DNA of 57,538 nucleotides, counting the filler, from Bipalium vagum (taxonomy: Eukaryota): assembly GCA_037834085.1 (NCBI GenBank). It is 3 parts of 3 records of this genome, joined end to end, with 100 filler letters (N's around TTAATTAATTAA, not from the genome) between each part and the next. Parts side by side here need not be neighbours in the genome. Positions count along the whole stretch, not along the records: positions 16,032 to 38,512 come from JBBMKC010220907.1; positions 38,613 to 57,538 come from JBBMKC010015401.1; 1 more part is not named here. One strand, written 5' to 3'. The first letter of the stretch is position 1. Every line of letters begins with the position of its first letter. The notes under the pieces are model-generated. The model was not told where the DNA came from. It saw only the letters and a list, made by a program, of their open reading frames with translations, and ran no database searches. Below are positions 35,305-48,076 of this stretch, piece by piece. A program made the position numbers and the translations under genes.

Positions 35305-35628
35305 CGTCTCCTGAAAGTGCTGAAAGTTATCCTGGGAGTCCTAACAAAAACAATAATATATTTACAAAATTAAATAAATTATAAAATATAAAAAAGTTAC
35401 ATAGCGTCATTTGGGATGATCTAGGTGGCAGTATAAAAATATAATAATAAAGTTAAGTTAGAAGATAAATTTTTACTTTGAATAAGGAGTTCCTGGAGGT
35501 ACGAAATGAAATATAATAAAAGATATATAATTTAAATAAAAAATACCTGTCCAGTAACCTGGTATCTGTAAATATAAATGAATAATAATAATTTAAATAA
35601 ATAATACTTAATAAGCAATCTTATGACC
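35305..35628 (-). repeat. Micro-exon array copy C
   Basis: Exons 35628-35608 (21 nt) and 35565-35547 (19 nt), two further exons ending at donors 35476 and 35400 with decayed acceptors, then an exon from 35340. Intact introns of 42 and 60 nt. Confidence 0.45.
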
Positions 35629-35759
35629 CTTAAAATAAAATAAGTGTAGAATATAAAATAAAATAATAAGAAAATTAAATAGGTAATTGAATAGGTAATA
35701 ATAAAGATTCATTGAGCTCTTATAATGTCTTACAGTAGCATGATAAAATATTCATTTTT

Positions 35760-36200
35760 TTAAAATATAGACGTACACATTTACTCCAGTTCCTTCTTTA
35801 AGTGACTCAAATAATATTTTGTAATTCTATTTTTGTCCTATAATTTTTATTGCGAAGAATAAATGCTTAGAAACAGTATAAATGGTGCCAAATAGCCAAT
35901 TTTTGGAAAACTCAACATTATACTTTCTTTATGTAAGGGCTGTTTCATCAATTTGAACGATTACTCCGTGTCCACCTGATTTTTCTTGAAGTAAATTCAT
36001 GCAGATTCCATAAGTCTTTCTAGTTTTCTGAAATAATTTTACCACTGTTTGGTTAGATATTTGAAGATCTATCACCACAGATTTTATCAATTTATCCTGA
36101 GAAAATGCCAGTACAGTCGAACCTGTCACATTGCCCAGATATGTGAAAATGGATTGACATTCTAACATGTACAAATGGCCATTTAATTTTTTAATGATAA
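35760..36200 (-). mobile_element. Merlin/ISXO2 transposase fragment
   Basis: QEKSGGHGVIVQIDETAL in ORF 35929..36174. Confidence 0.7.
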
Positions 36201-38512
36201 TTTAATTAAATATTTAAATAAATTTTTTTTTCAATTTGTTTATTTATAGTTTTAGAAATGTCAGATGTGATTCGAAATTCATATCAAATTACTTTCCTAT
36301 GTTAATAAAGATTTGAAAATTATAAAAGTTTATTAAAATTTACATTATACTTTTTAATGCCTTAAATGTATCGCATCTCCAGACGGATCCATCATTTCGC
36401 TGCTGTACTTTGACTCAAACATTTAAATATTTTGATTCACAAAGGATGTGGCCTTTTAAAATTTTTTATTGTTCTTAGTATTTGGATGTACTACTCATTG
36501 TGTACAAAGCTTAAATTAATATCAATAAGGATAATAATTTTTTAACTTTATTTATTGAATTTTTAAGTAAGTTTAAAATAAAGTATTTTAAATTTTAATA
36601 CGTAATTTTAACCGATTCAGTTATCTAAGTTTTTTAAAATAATTTTTAAAGATATATTAGGAACTCTAAAAAATTGAAAAGAACTTTCCGGTAGACTAAT
36701 AATTAACTATTTTGTGAACGGATATTGGGTTTAAGCATTAATGGGTTTCTTAAAATATCATGAAAATCACAAATTCAAAAATACATAGTGAACTAATTTG
36801 AATGAGACATATCCGTCAAGTGACCAGTGGCTCCGATCTGGAGCATAAAGTCTGCCGCCAACACCAGCGAATTTCTTATCTCATACCACGACCTTCAACC
36901 TTCGACAACTACGGCTTCAATGATAAGGTTGCAAAGGAGTAACTTCAAAAGTTTCGATATTTTCAGAATTATAAAGAACATATAAATGCGACAGTTAAAT
37001 CAAATTTCAACCAGGAAAAAATTGACTTTTTGAGTATTCTCAAACAAATTAATAGGTATATATCCAGATTAAAGAAAAAATGATAAAAATAATTTAATCA
37101 TACCTAAATTTTCGAATATATCTCTGAATATTGGTGAGGTTAATTATCTTTTACTGTTTTCTAATTAATTTTTTGATAAAAAATGCACATTCCATTATTT
37201 CATTACTTTTACTACAACCATCGGAGATGACCAGAGGAAAGACCTGTGACTGATTAAACATGTGTCTAAGTTTTTTACTCATGTCAGTTTTTTTGTGGTG
37301 TTCGGTAACTATCTGGTTTACAGAATAGAGATTCAGAATTGTTTAGTCTGATCTTGTGTTACAAACCCATATCGAATTCATTACTCCTGAAAGCTTCTAT
37401 ATATATGCTTAGTAATTAAATTTTATCTTTTATTTCATATTTAAGAACTCCAAGTGTTGAATCACATATAGTTCATCAGAATGTTAAATTTAAAAACTGA
37501 AAACCGATAAATTAAAACATTTTCTTATTTTGTTTAACAATAAAGAATATTTTGGTATGACTCAAAAGTGAACATGTTGCTTAATTTATTTAAGATTTCA
37601 AAATTTTGTGTTTGAATGAAATTGTGCTTTTAAATTTTTGTACACCTGAATTGAAAAACATTTAATGGTTAAAATATTTTAAGAAAAATTTCATATTTCT
37701 TGTTTTAATTTGGGGTTTTGATTGTAGTGACATTTTTTCTCAAGATTTTTATTAAAAAACAAATTCATTTTTTACAAATGTAAATGTTCTGAAAAACCGA
37801 ATGTTAATTGCTATTAATTATTAATATTTTTTCATTTGATCACATGTGGACACTCAAATATAACGTTTACCATTTTCGTTTTCATGTTAAACTAATTTCA
37901 CTACTCCATCAGTCAAACAGTAAGGTTATTAAAATAAGTCAATTATTACACAATCGATTTAAAAGAATTCTAATAGAATAAAATAAAAATAAGAATAACA
38001 GTAAATTTAAATGAATAATAATAAAATAAATTTTTTAAAAAATACGATAACCAACCATGAATTGAACCCGACTTCTTTACCAATCACGAGTTTCCTTTCG
38101 GGTCATTCATGTAGGTCAAATTTCACGGAGCCTGGCCATCATAGGAATCATCCGTTGTCAAGAAAATTTGCACTAAGATTGCTAGAAAGTTACTTGCTTC
38201 ATATAAACCTCTTGGTTTAATAAAGTCACTAAAAAACTTGTTCTCATTAAATGTCATTTCATTCAATTTCTTTCAATTCTCGTCATGTCTTTTGTTCAAT
38301 AACTTGTAAACAACAATTATTGGTATAATCAACATTTTCTCTTGTCAAAGTCTGAGAACCGTTTTTATAGGAATATTTACCAATAGCAGCTCACAGAAAT
38401 GCTTCTTGTCTAATCATAAAAACTACCACTGTAGATAAAACAAAAAAAATAATATGGACAGCAGCAGGTCTTTATCATCTGAGCTTCACTAAGGGTATAA
38501 GATAAAAAATAT

Positions 38513-38612
38513 NNNNNNNNNNNNNNNNNNNNNNNNNNNNNNNNNNNNNNNNNNNNTTAATTAATTAANNNNNNNNNNNNNNNNNNNNNNNNNNNNNNNN
38601 NNNNNNNNNNNN
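38513..38612. other. Assembly gap with TTAATTAATTAA linker
   Basis: Same 100-nt construct as 15932-16031. Confidence 0.95.

Positions 38613-38684
<72 letters not shown>
38613..38684. repeat. (AAT)n microsatellite abutting a gap
   Basis: Direct read. Confidence 0.95.
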
Positions 38685-38685
<1 letters not shown>

Positions 38686-38899
38686 TTTTTATTGTCCATT
38701 CTTTGAGATTATCAACAGTTTACATTTGCTTCTGACAATAATTATTACCAATTATAATTGGTGTGAGGCAATATATTTTTTTTATATTTTCATTTTTTCA
38801 CAATGGGAATAAAGTCTGAAATAAAAGATAATAATAAATGAAAATAAGTAAAACAAAATTTAGAATTAATTTGATAAAAATAAGAAAAGTGAAATTAAA

Positions 38900-40070
38900 A
38901 TCCACTTTCGTTGGGGGATGAATTAAATATTCATCTCACCAGAACGGTCTTTCAGTACAGGAAAAGTGAAACAAAGAATTGGGTTTCTTGTATGAATTTG
39001 AGAGAGATTCTTTTGGAGAATTCATATTGAGAAAACTTTCAATAAAAATACCTTATTGCGGGAATGGTTTCTTTCTCTTAACACAAGTCAATGAAATATT
39101 ACCAGACCCTGATTTTGAAGAGGTTTTTCAACAAAAATATTCATTAATGATTATCTAACTTTAATGCCACATTCACAATGGGGAGAGAATTGAAATAAAA
39201 AACTTCTTTAGAATTTCTATTCTGTCTGGACTGGAGATCGTGAAATATAATTTTTAAAAAATAATTTAATAATATTTTTATTTATTATCAATAAAATTAT
39301 GTTTCTCTATTATTTGTTTTAATCATTTATTCATAATTAAGATTTACTTCATCATCATCAAAAAATTCTCGAAGACAATGCTGCAGAGAGAAGTCAATAT
39401 TTACCGAAAGCAATTCGAGCAAAATCATACAAAGTATAAACTGGAAATTATTTATTTATTTATATTATTTTTTTCCATTTACCGTTAGAATAATCTGTCT
39501 GAATGTAACAATCCTGCCAAAAAGTTAAAGATATCAGAAGAGTCAGGTATGGCTGGTGATACTAATGGAAAGGGTTAACATTTCTTTTCAGAAACTATTG
39601 ATATGAAATAGAAGAATATTACGGACCCAATGTTTTTTGTCACTTGAATTGTAAATCTTTTACTGAAATCGTTAATTGCTTCAAAAGAAACCAAATTCTT
39701 GTACTCTGAATAAATCTTGATATTATAGTATAGTTTCATCAGTGACGGGTGACGTTTTTATTAAACAAGTTCTTTATGGATCAGTTCAGAAGACGTCGGC
39801 TTATCAATATTCTTTTGTAGAAACTTTGTATATTTAAAGTACTATTGATACCAAGGGTCAGTGTGGTTATCCGTTTATTTTATCTTCAACCTTTCATTTA
39901 TCTACGTACTGAAAAATATAAAATAATTTTTTAATTTCGGTATCTTACAGAAAAATGTGGCATTTACATCACCAAAAACATCCTGGGGAGGTTACTTAAT
40001 GTCAATTATTTGGACTTGGTTCATTTGTATGAAGAAATAAGAAGGAAAGAAAAGGCAAAATGAAGAAAAC
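38900..40070 (-). pseudogene. Spliced but frame-disrupted locus (pseudogene or lncRNA), product unidentified
   Basis: Minus strand alternates GC-richer blocks with short AT-rich introns (GTAAGA...TTTCAG ~39948-39909; GTAAAT...TTCCAG ~39482-39441; donor GTAAAT ~39346). No continuous frame found. Confidence 0.35.
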
Positions 40071-40466
40071 CTATATAATAATATTAGTAGTAATAATAAT
40101 AAAATTGATATTAAAGACCATATAAAAAAAATTGAATATTTAAACAATGAAGTAAAGAGAATGACATAAAATTACCAAAACGAGTTTCGTAAAAGTGACG
40201 AGTTTCAAAAGGGATTTTTGGCTGTAACTTTGAAGGTATTATTTGACTTCTATGAAGTGTGGGTTAAGAATTTTTTGGGAATGAGTGTCTAATTATTCTT
40301 CATTAACTTGACAAAGCATACTTTAATATTTAATAAACAATTCACAATTCACTGTGACTTAATCGTTTTAAAGGTAATTGATTATTGTTTTCAAAGTCAT
40401 TTTGACCTGTTATTTGAGAAATAATAATTTGGTATACTTGTTACGAAATTATTTCACTATGAACAC

Positions 40467-41120
40467 TGTCGTAACCTAAGCTCGCAAAGTTACTGACCCC
40501 TTCACTTTTGCCTATACGTGTACGCAAATGAATAAATCAAACAACTATGAACAACACTTTATTGCTAAAATAACAATACAAACAATAACAAAATGTTTCA
40601 ATGATCAATAAAATGTCTGCAATCAAATGTTTTTACACAAAAACAAAATCGAATGTTATCAAACTAAATCAAATGGTAATAATCAATTAAATAATTAAAT
40701 ATCAATATCCAATAAATGTCCGTACGTAAGGGTTAAAAAAAAGAAAAAAAAAGAATAAAAATTAAGATACTCTCACCACTTGTGACGACAGGTCCAAAGG
40801 GTCGTTAGCTGACCCCAATCCGGTCCGCTCAGAAACCTCCTAACAGCACAGGACCCGTCGTCTGCTTCTGTCGCATTGAGGGAATAAAGAATGAGAAACC
40901 TTTTCGAACAATATTCTGTCGTCGAATGTCTCGTGTCCTTCTTCTGACAAATATCCTTGTAGTAACGACAATTTCTTTCTGAGAATTTTATGGTAATCCA
41001 CTGCGGATTCCATCTCCTTATATACTATTCTGATCAGACGATCAATCAATCGTCAATTCCCTTTTTAGCTTGATAATTCTAAATCGGTCCCTCCTTGAGG
41101 ACCCTGATCTAATCTTGGCA
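40467..41120 (-). mobile_element. Solo-LTR-like element, diverged relative of 9564-10309
   Basis: Minus strand starts TGCCAAGATTAG, has TATATAAGG...GCAGTGG, TCTTTATTC, ATGCGACAG, CTAACGAC and AATAAAGT in the same order as the 9564 copy, and ends ACGACA. Confidence 0.6.
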
Positions 41121-42489
41121 ATTTAGCTTCGCCATTGTCAAGATTAGATTCTTTTTGGAAATAATTAATTGCCCCCTTTTTATGTACTTTTTAATTAACT
41201 AATTATTATTATTAAGTTATTTCTGACCATCTTGCGGTCTTAATAATCAATTGATAATAACCAATCTAAACCCTATTGCGGTCTCTACCATATACAAGTA
41301 CTTTTACAAGGGTTGGCAGGGATGTGTCCTTGGCTAACCCAACATACTTATATAATGGTGAACAAGAAATTAAAAGTTTATTCATTGCGTTTTATCCTAG
41401 TTTTTAACAAAACATTGGCCAAACATTTATTGTGATTTTCTATGATTTTTTTTATTCAACTGAGTATAGATTGTTGTAAGTTTCAATAAAAAGAAACACG
41501 ATAGTAACAAAGTGAGGAGTTAGAAGTTTGAGCTGAAAGTTACATATCTAATTTAGGAAAATAGTAACAATTATCCTCTCGAAATTTTTTAAAATACCTC
41601 AAAATTTTCTCTTAACAAACTTTTTTGATAAACTCAAAATTATTTCATAATTAATTCACTATAACATTACCATAAAAATCATCTTAGTGGTTTTCAAAAA
41701 CTTAAACTTTAGCTTTGTTTCAACTTTACTCACTTTACCTTTGTCAAACTTTACTTGTTTTTGATACATACATGGATGTCCAATATGCTAGTCCAATAAA
41801 TAAGAATTCACAGATCTCCTGTAATTTGCTAATTCCGATGTACAACTGAATTTATTTTTTTCAACTCAGCATCATTCAATGATTAACCAATCTCTTCGAA
41901 AATAGCTCACAGTGCTAATTTGAAAATCTCACTTCCAAACCAACTGACCGACAAGAGTAGAGTCACCACCGATCATTCATCCACTCTTTCCATTAGCTTC
42001 TTAGAAAACTGGGAAATTAATTGAAAACCGTAATTGATTAATAAATATGAAGAATTTCCAAACAAAGGAAAAAGTATTTTATTTTTTTATTTGTATTAGT
42101 ATTAATTAAAGTTCAATTTCTAAAAATATTGTTAGGTTTGTCAAAGGCACAACTCGGGAGATGAGATTGTTCTAACACTGAAAATTCTTTATATACATTT
42201 TTGCTATAGTTCTTGAATATGAGGATTGCTTTAAATAATTTTTAATACAATCTAAATTTTTCTACAATAGTTCGCAGTGTGCATTGGGTTACTTTACATT
42301 GTGGCATAGCTGTAATTAATAAATTAAAATATTAATTATGTAAAATGTAAGTATATACCTTAAAATTCAAATTTTAATAACTTAGTGTTAACTTTAAGTT
42401 AATTAATTTGAGTTTTTTAAACAAATCAGATTTACTTATTAATTTTTATCAATATAAATATAAAATTTCAGATATGATTGATTTTTTAA

Positions 42490-43642
42490 TTTTAGATTTA
42501 TTTAACCTCAAAATAAAGACTATTTGAATTAACAGTTTGAATCCATCTATCGAAAAATTTTTGGATCTAGTTTTTTGTCTTTTGAGCTGAAAAATTCTTC
42601 GCATTCTTTTTCTACCTCATCCAAATTATTGAAACAGCGCCCTCGCAGAACATTTTCCATAGATCTGAAAAGATTGTAGTCTAATGGCGCGATATCTGGA
42701 CTGTAAGCTGGATGTGATAAGAGTTCAAAGGCATCTATTTCCTATATTTTTCCTTTGTTTTCTTGGCAGTGTGCGGTTTAGCGTTATCGTGCTGTAGTAG
42801 TATTGACCAATTCTGGATATTTTTCCTTGAACTTTATGTACATCCTATCAAATTGAGAGCAGCAGAGGTCTGCGTCAATGGCCACATTGTTTTTAAGAAG
42901 TCGAAGTGGATCACGCCTTTGAAATTCCACCAAACGCACAATAATACTTTTTCAGAGAACCGTTCTCTCCTTGGTACATGTTTTGGTAATTGTCTGGGGT
43001 CAAATCATTGATTGTGTCTGTTAGGGTTATCTAGAAAGACCCATTTTTCATCAGAGGTAACAATTCACCATATAAGACGAGCATCTAAAGAATTTGAAAT
43101 CAGTTTTTTTGATTTTCTGTCAATTCGTGAAGAATTTATCGACAGCATCTGTTTGCCTTATCCATTGAATGAAGATGTCTAAGAACTGATGTCTTCGGAA
43201 TACCGAGTTTGTCAGATAATCTTCGAGTGTTGGTCAATGGATTAGCTTCAACTGCGCTGCTTATACATCCGAAATCCGTGGTTATCAGCCTGTCGTATTG
43301 TCCTTGATCTTGAAGGTGTTCCTAACCTTGATTAAATTTTTTGAACTAATTTTGAGCCATACGAATTGAAACAAACTCCTCACTCTCCACCTCACATATG
43401 TTTTTGGCCGCCTGTGTTGCATTGACACTTTGTTTCCAATAATGTCTTAACAGTACTCTAATTTCTAATTTATTCATATTTCCTCTAAACAAATAAAAGC
43501 AGTATATTTAGAATAATTTAATAAATATTATTTTACTGTCTGGTAAAGTGAAATTTTTATCTTCAAAATGATTTAAATATTTATATCAATTACAAAATTA
43601 ATTTGAAATAGTAAAACAAAAATACGAAGACTTATGGACCAT
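42490..43642 (-). mobile_element. Near full-length decayed mariner
   Basis: MNKLEIRVLLRHYWKQ...QAAKNICEV, IVTSDEKWVF, DNAKPH and HPAYSPDIAPLDYNLFRSM. Confidence 0.9.
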
Positions 43643-43959
43643 AATTTTTTTTCCATCTTCATTTTCTAATAACACAATTTGAACTTTGATATCGTACCAA
43701 TTTATCAATCCCAATGATTTTAAATATCTACCAACTGTGTTAGTATACATTTAACATAAATTCAATTTATGTATTATAAAATAAGAATTATTTTCAACCA
43801 ATGCATTGATTTTGTCATTATGAACTATAAATGGATGATTAGAAGTGTTTTTAGACTGATATCACAAGTACAAAATTTTGTAACATACACTTCAAATTTT
43901 GTTCTAGAAGTTACCCTTGACGTGAAAATGATATGTATATATATTTTTTTGATCGTTAA

Positions 43960-44445
43960 AAGTATAATTTTTAAAGTAATGAAGATCAATTGGTCGGAAC
44001 GTCACTTTTAAATTTATAAAAAAAATTAAAAATTTGTTTCTTGCAATACAAATAACATCCTTATTCTAATCTTGAAATATAGAACTGAAAATCTGAAAAA
44101 AATTGGCTATTCAAATGGGACTAAGAGAAAATCTGATATTTCAGCATGACAATGACCCGAAACATATCTCAGTATTTGTAAAAGATTTCTTCTTGCAAGA
44201 CAAAATATCAGTACCAGATTAGCCTTCACAATCTCCGGATCTTAATCCAATCGAAACCTTTGGGATTATGTCAAACAAAAAATCAAGAAAGATGGAGTTT
44301 ATTGAATACCAATGATTAAGGAAACATTCATAGAAATATGAACTGAAATAACAATAGAACTTTGTAAAAAAATTATATAGAAGTATGTCTATGTGTTGTG
44401 GACATATTTTGAAAAATAAAGGAAATCATACTAAAGATTAAATAA
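43960..44445 (+). mobile_element. Tc1-like 3' fragment
   Basis: LIFQHDNDPKHIS, *PSQSPDLNPIET and NKGNHTKD*. Confidence 0.85.
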
Positions 44446-44721
44446 ATTTGTCTAGTTTTTTGTTTCTTGTATTATTTTAAAAATATATTAAAATAGTAAT
44501 ATTTTCTAATATAGTATATCATACATATACATAATATATGTATCATATAATTTTAAATCTATTTTTAAAAGCAATAAGATCATCTGAAAGTTATTTATTC
44601 AAAATATGACTACATTTCACAAAAGTATCTTAAATTTAACATTTTAATTTCGTCAGGTTTTTGGTTTCTTACAGAGTTATATGCACAACCAAAAGATATC
44701 CCTGGCCAATCTCACTAAACC

Positions 44722-45104
44722 TGTTAAGTCTCTTAAAAATGGAGCTAAAACTAAGAGCTTAACGGGCAGAAGGTTAATTTTATAGCGTGATCGAAATATG
44801 AATTTGAATCGACTAAGAGAACTAATTACTTTTCAAATCTTTATTGATACTAAAAATAAAATTTACAAGACAAGGATGATTGCTGTTTGAACAATCCTTT
44901 GCAAGAAAACTTTCCCCGAATTTAGGTTTAATTAAAGGAAGGAAATCTTTTCGCACTGATAAAAATATCAGTGTCTCAAAAGCCCTCAAAGATAGGTAAT
45001 TCACCACCCTAATTAGTGTGTGAACTACAAAAATAAAAAGATCCGCGACGGAAGTGAAGAAATGAACAAAAACTGTTAATTGATTTTAGGGCTGAACCCT
45101 AACA
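44722..45104. mobile_element. Solo-LTR-like element, 383 bp, TGTTA...TAACA
   Basis: 5-bp inverted termini with TG..CA. Second copy at 21424-21790. No target-site duplication seen. Confidence 0.75.
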
Positions 45105-48076
45105 TTTGTTTAAAAGATAACTAATTAAACAGTTGTTTAGTTTATTAAAATTACCAACTGTAGGGTTAAAAATGATTTTATTTTATTTATATTTACCTTT
45201 AATATTTTTTATAATTAAAATAATTATGTAATTCTTTGCGAATTACTAATTACGAAAAATAAAACTAACAATATAATATAGATAATATATGAAAATTACT
45301 TGTGTGCATATATTGATTGGAATAGTAATTTGTAAATCGACTGTCGTATTGTTTATCGAGTTTGGGTTATAAGCTTGGAATTTGTGACTGTTTATCGCAA
45401 GTGCAAATGTGAAAATGTGAGTGTTTTTGTATTTGTATATTTGATTTATATATATCTATTTTTTATGTCTTTTTATAATTATTAACATTTCCAGTCTTAT
45501 TTTTTAGAGGAGCAGCAAAAGAATATCCTTCGTATAATTAGATAACTGTTAATATCATTTTATAATCTTCTTCGTTTTTACTTTCTAAATCAGTCATTAC
45601 CTGAGATTCTTCAAAATATCGAATGAAGTAGTAGAAGACTTTTTAAAAAAATTTCACTATCTAAAAATATGAAATTATTAAATTTTTTAGAAAATCTAGA
45701 AGAAAGAAGTAAAATTGGTTATGGAATTTGAATATTTTGCGCAAAAGGATTATTATAATTTCTTTTTCCCATGTTGATTTTAAAAATCTATAGAAAGTAG
45801 ATAGAAATAAAACATTTCAAAGCAATGAAGTCGAGGATATTTGTAATACATTGATTGAGATCAAAACAATTTATGTAAAATATAAAGATTTTATTTAAAC
45901 TGATGAGGATTTGTAAATTAGTGCTGAACAATTAATTTCGGATATTGTAAATTCATTTTCCAGTAATCCAAATGAAGAAGAGGAGGAGAGTGAAAATGAA
46001 AAAATAGATCAGGTAGTTGAAAAGTCAAACATTTATGGTTGGGTATGGTCTACACTAGCTATTTTCACTCGACTCTATATATAATATATAAATATAGAAA
46101 ATATATTTCTTTATTTATTTTCATATTTATTCACTTAAACGTGAAACATAAATATAATTTTGTGAATCCAGAAAATTCTGCTAACACTGGGATTGTTTAA
46201 AAACAAAACTATCTCCATGATAGGTATATATGGCAGCGTTTTGGATTCTTGTTCAAATGGATGTGGCGTCAAAACATAAAAACAATGATAAGGCAATGTT
46301 TGATTCAATAAATTTTTATAATTAGTATTTTGTTTTTTTAAAAATTAAATGATTATTTAACGCGGGGAGATTAAAATAGAAGATTAATTTAATCTTTGTA
46401 GTAAGTATTTAATATTTTTCATCTTCATAATTAAAGTGTTTGTGTTCTTCCTGTAACTCCATTAGTTTTAGTATTTTTTATTTATAAAAATTTGATTTTA
46501 AAGATATTTGTTCTATTAGCATTTTTTTCTAATTCATCTTTAAATTCAGATAAATCTGTTTAATGAATATATATTCTAGAAACTTTTCAATTTATATTTT
46601 CTTATGACCAAGGAAATGGAATTATTACTTCTAAAAATATTGAAAATTCTAAAATTCTAAATCTAATACTAAATCTATCATGTTCACATTATTTCTAATT
46701 AAATGAACTGTTACATTTTCAATGTGTTGTGTGAATTATTTATCATTTAGTTTTGAAATTATTTTTAAAGATCTTTTTTATTTTAATATGGGAGCCAACT
46801 TAAAAAGAATGTGACTCATTTAAGAGTCATGTACTTATATGTTACCTGTTTCCCATAATTAATTAGCTCACTAAAACTGTTATAAGATATAATTCTATTA
46901 CGATATTTGTTCGGTTTACTTAACTTTATATTTTTTTAAAAATTTTCTCGGTTAAGTCCTACAATTTAACATTTCCATGGAAAAATATCTCAATCTAAAT
47001 TTTAATATATTTCAATAGATAAAATAATTTGACTAAATACTACAAATACAGTCGCAACAATATGAAACCTTTCATATCCGCTATCAGTATATATATATCG
47101 TTTAGTAAATTTAAATGTCTAGTAAAAGTATGTACTGCGAATGTTATTAAATTTCAAAATTTTCTTATAAAATTATATCAGAAAAGCTATTACCAACTTT
47201 GCACTCATCAGTTTTGCAGTTGCATGTTTTTTTCCAGTTTCCCGTATCTTCTGGTTTTCACTGATGTTGGAAGCATATACGTAAACCTAGAATTATTTTA
47301 GCACTCTTGAGAATGCTTAGATAATAATCAATAAACGTTGTGACAGAGATAGGCAAGCCTGTATCTAGTTTATTTACTTATATATTAAAATGATACAGAA
47401 AGTTGGGTAGATACAATTTTGTAAATGGAATTTTTGTTTAGGACAATTCAATCAATGAAAATTATGCAAGGAATTCGAAAATTGGAAATCAAACTGTTTG
47501 AATAAAATCCAAAAAATATTAAAACAATCATACCAAATCATGCACAATTAAGTAATTTTCTATAAAAACAATTTATGTTAAAATTAATAACTATTTTTAT
47601 TTGGCATAACACTTTTTTACTTGGGAATATAATTAATAATAAATTTAAGAGTCGTATATTACATGAAAAATAAGTGAGTAAAGTCTCTTAAAAATTTACG
47701 TGGCGTTGTTACTTAACTTAAAACTGTTATATTTTATAATCATTCTCATGTTTCATAAATTAAGATTTCTCAAAAATTCTTCAATGTTGAGAATTAGTAT
47801 TTTTATGATTTTATGTTTTTAGAATTGAATCTTAATTTTAAGAATGTTTTTCGTTAAATTATTAAAGTTCAAAAGTGCTTGTCTCAAAATTTAAAATAAA
47901 TACGAAAATCACGAAAAATTTAACCTTTCATCAGAATGGAAGGAAATCAGTGGGAATTTGAACAAACTATTCAAAATATGGATAAGGTGGAATTCAAACA
48001 TGCAAAATTATCTTTTTGTGTTCTGTGGTTCACAAACAGAATTCATAACCACTGCTCAGCATAAGTCTAAGCATCA

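Noticed and set aside
45500-46070. Acidic stretch resembling a pogo/Tigger transposase C-terminus
   Set aside because: No catalytic or CENP-B motif could be read; too weak to call.
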